Assembly (NCBI GenBank): GCA_947482665.1
Contig: CANKJK010000006.1
Location: 144,651 to 208,650 of the forward strand
DNA from: Acidobacteriota bacterium
Lineage (GTDB): Bacteria; Acidobacteriota; Vicinamibacteria; Vicinamibacterales; UBA2999
Direction: 5' to 3'
DNA: 64,000 nt
Shown here: positions 63,379-64,000 of the stretch, piece by piece
Layout of the letters: the number at the start of each line of letters is the position of its first letter
How positions within the stretch are numbered: position 1 is the first letter of the stretch
The notes under the pieces: model-generated
Told to the model about the DNA's origin: nothing
Database searches by the model: none
The model's input: only the letters and a program-made list of their open reading frames with translations
Translations under genes and position numbers: made by a program

Positions 63379-64000
63379 CTACTCAATCACCAGTCCGAGC
63401 GTGTCGGACCAGTCGAGATACGCGAAGAAGCTGTCGGCACCGCCGTTGGTCCACTTGCCGCCCTTCTGCTGACCGATCCGCAGCCACTCGTCGCGCGGGA
63501 TCTTCCCCATGCCGACGGCGATGTGCATGATGGACGTGCCCTTCTGCTTCTCGATGTGGTGCGTCCACGGCGTGGGCGAGGCCACCGACATGATGAACTC
63601 GATGTTGATCCCCTGCTGCGTGAGCTGGTTCGTCAGCACGTAGGAGGTCTGCGACCACTTGTGCCCGGGCGGGTACGGGAACCAGCCCTCCGGCGGGAAG
63701 CGGCGGACGGGCACGAGCGACATCCCGAAGACCTCGATGTACTTCTGCAGCGACTTCTCGATGTCGAGGTTGGCGAGGCCAACGTGCCTAATAGCCTGCG
63801 CGCCAAAGAGACCCGTCTGCGTGGTGGGGGCCGGCGGCATCGTGGGCCGCGCCGTCGGGCCGATTTCCAGCGTCGCGCCAATCTCGGTGTGCCGGAAGTC
63901 GACGAATGCCTGGGTGCCGCCCTTCTTCCCGCCCGTGACCTTCCCGTCCTTGGAGACCAGCTCGGCCACGACCGCATCGATGTTGCCGTCCACGCCAACG
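63379..64000 (-). CDS. VOC-family-like protein, partial (5' end probably beyond the right edge)
   Basis: IRHVGLANLDIEKSLQKYIEVFG...IMHIAVGMG...FFAYLDWSDTLGLVIE resembles the VOC gene at 36339..36869. The frame is open to the window edge. Confidence 0.5.
   Translation of the reverse strand, partial: VGVDGNIDAVVAELVSKDGKVTGGKKGGTQAFVDFRHTEIGATLEIGPTARPTMPPAPTTQTGLFGAQAIRHVGLANLDIEKSLQKYIEVFGMSLVPVRRFPPEGWFPYPPGHKWSQTSYVLTNQLTQQGINIEFIMSVASPTPWTHHIEKQKGTSIMHIAVGMGKIPRDEWLRIGQQKGGKWTNGGADSFFAYLDWSDTLGLVIE

Overview
High-GC bacterial chromosomal segment. The gene content (CarboxypepD_reg-type TonB receptors, DUF5916, DUF2911) suggests an Acidobacteriota-like organism, but that is an inference. 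I call about 50 protein genes, tRNA-Lys(CUU) and tRNA-Leu(CAG). I see no rRNA, CRISPR array, transposase or integrase. Many long ORFs in the track are opposite-strand or out-of-frame shadows, which are typical of high-GC DNA. Housekeeping and envelope genes include cysC (partial), ftsH (broken by a G9 homopolymer), ilvA-type threonine dehydratase, an OmpA lipoprotein, an SPFH protein, two DUF5916 paralogs, a TonB-dependent receptor, two OprO/P-type porins, a pseudouridine synthase, an RRM protein and a TauE/SafE exporter.

Five loci stand out:
1. 17.9-26.1 kb: a tightly coupled six-gene operon. It encodes a membrane-anchored FAD/NAD(P)H/[2Fe-2S] reductase, a His-pair membrane protein that looks like a b-haem ferric-reductase domain, a 24-CXXCH cytochrome, a 27-CXXCH cytochrome, an outer-membrane beta-barrel and an anchored Ig-like protein. 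I read this as a candidate undescribed trans-envelope electron conduit fed from cytoplasmic NAD(P)H.
2. 2.25-8.37 kb: a 2038-aa protein made of about 250 uninterrupted octapeptide repeats (consensus A-L-T-T-x-Q-V-A), lying tail-to-tail with a TPR/GT41 O-GlcNAc-transferase-like gene.
3. 36.9-45.5 kb: a phosphorelay cluster. Its terminal response regulator is REC-TM-(extracytoplasmic trypsin-like protease)-YD-like, preceded by a 70-aa stand-alone H-box mini-protein and flanked by three sensor kinases.
4. 60.8-62.8 kb: a haem-oxygenase fusion translationally coupled to a CarH-like B12-binding module (Wx9EH motif) that carries a Zn-ribbon instead of a DNA-binding domain.
5. 15.05-17.2 kb: an orphan, catalytically degenerate ABC ATPase divergent from a GAF-ANTAR antiterminator.

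All functional calls come from motif recognition by eye. No database searches were run.
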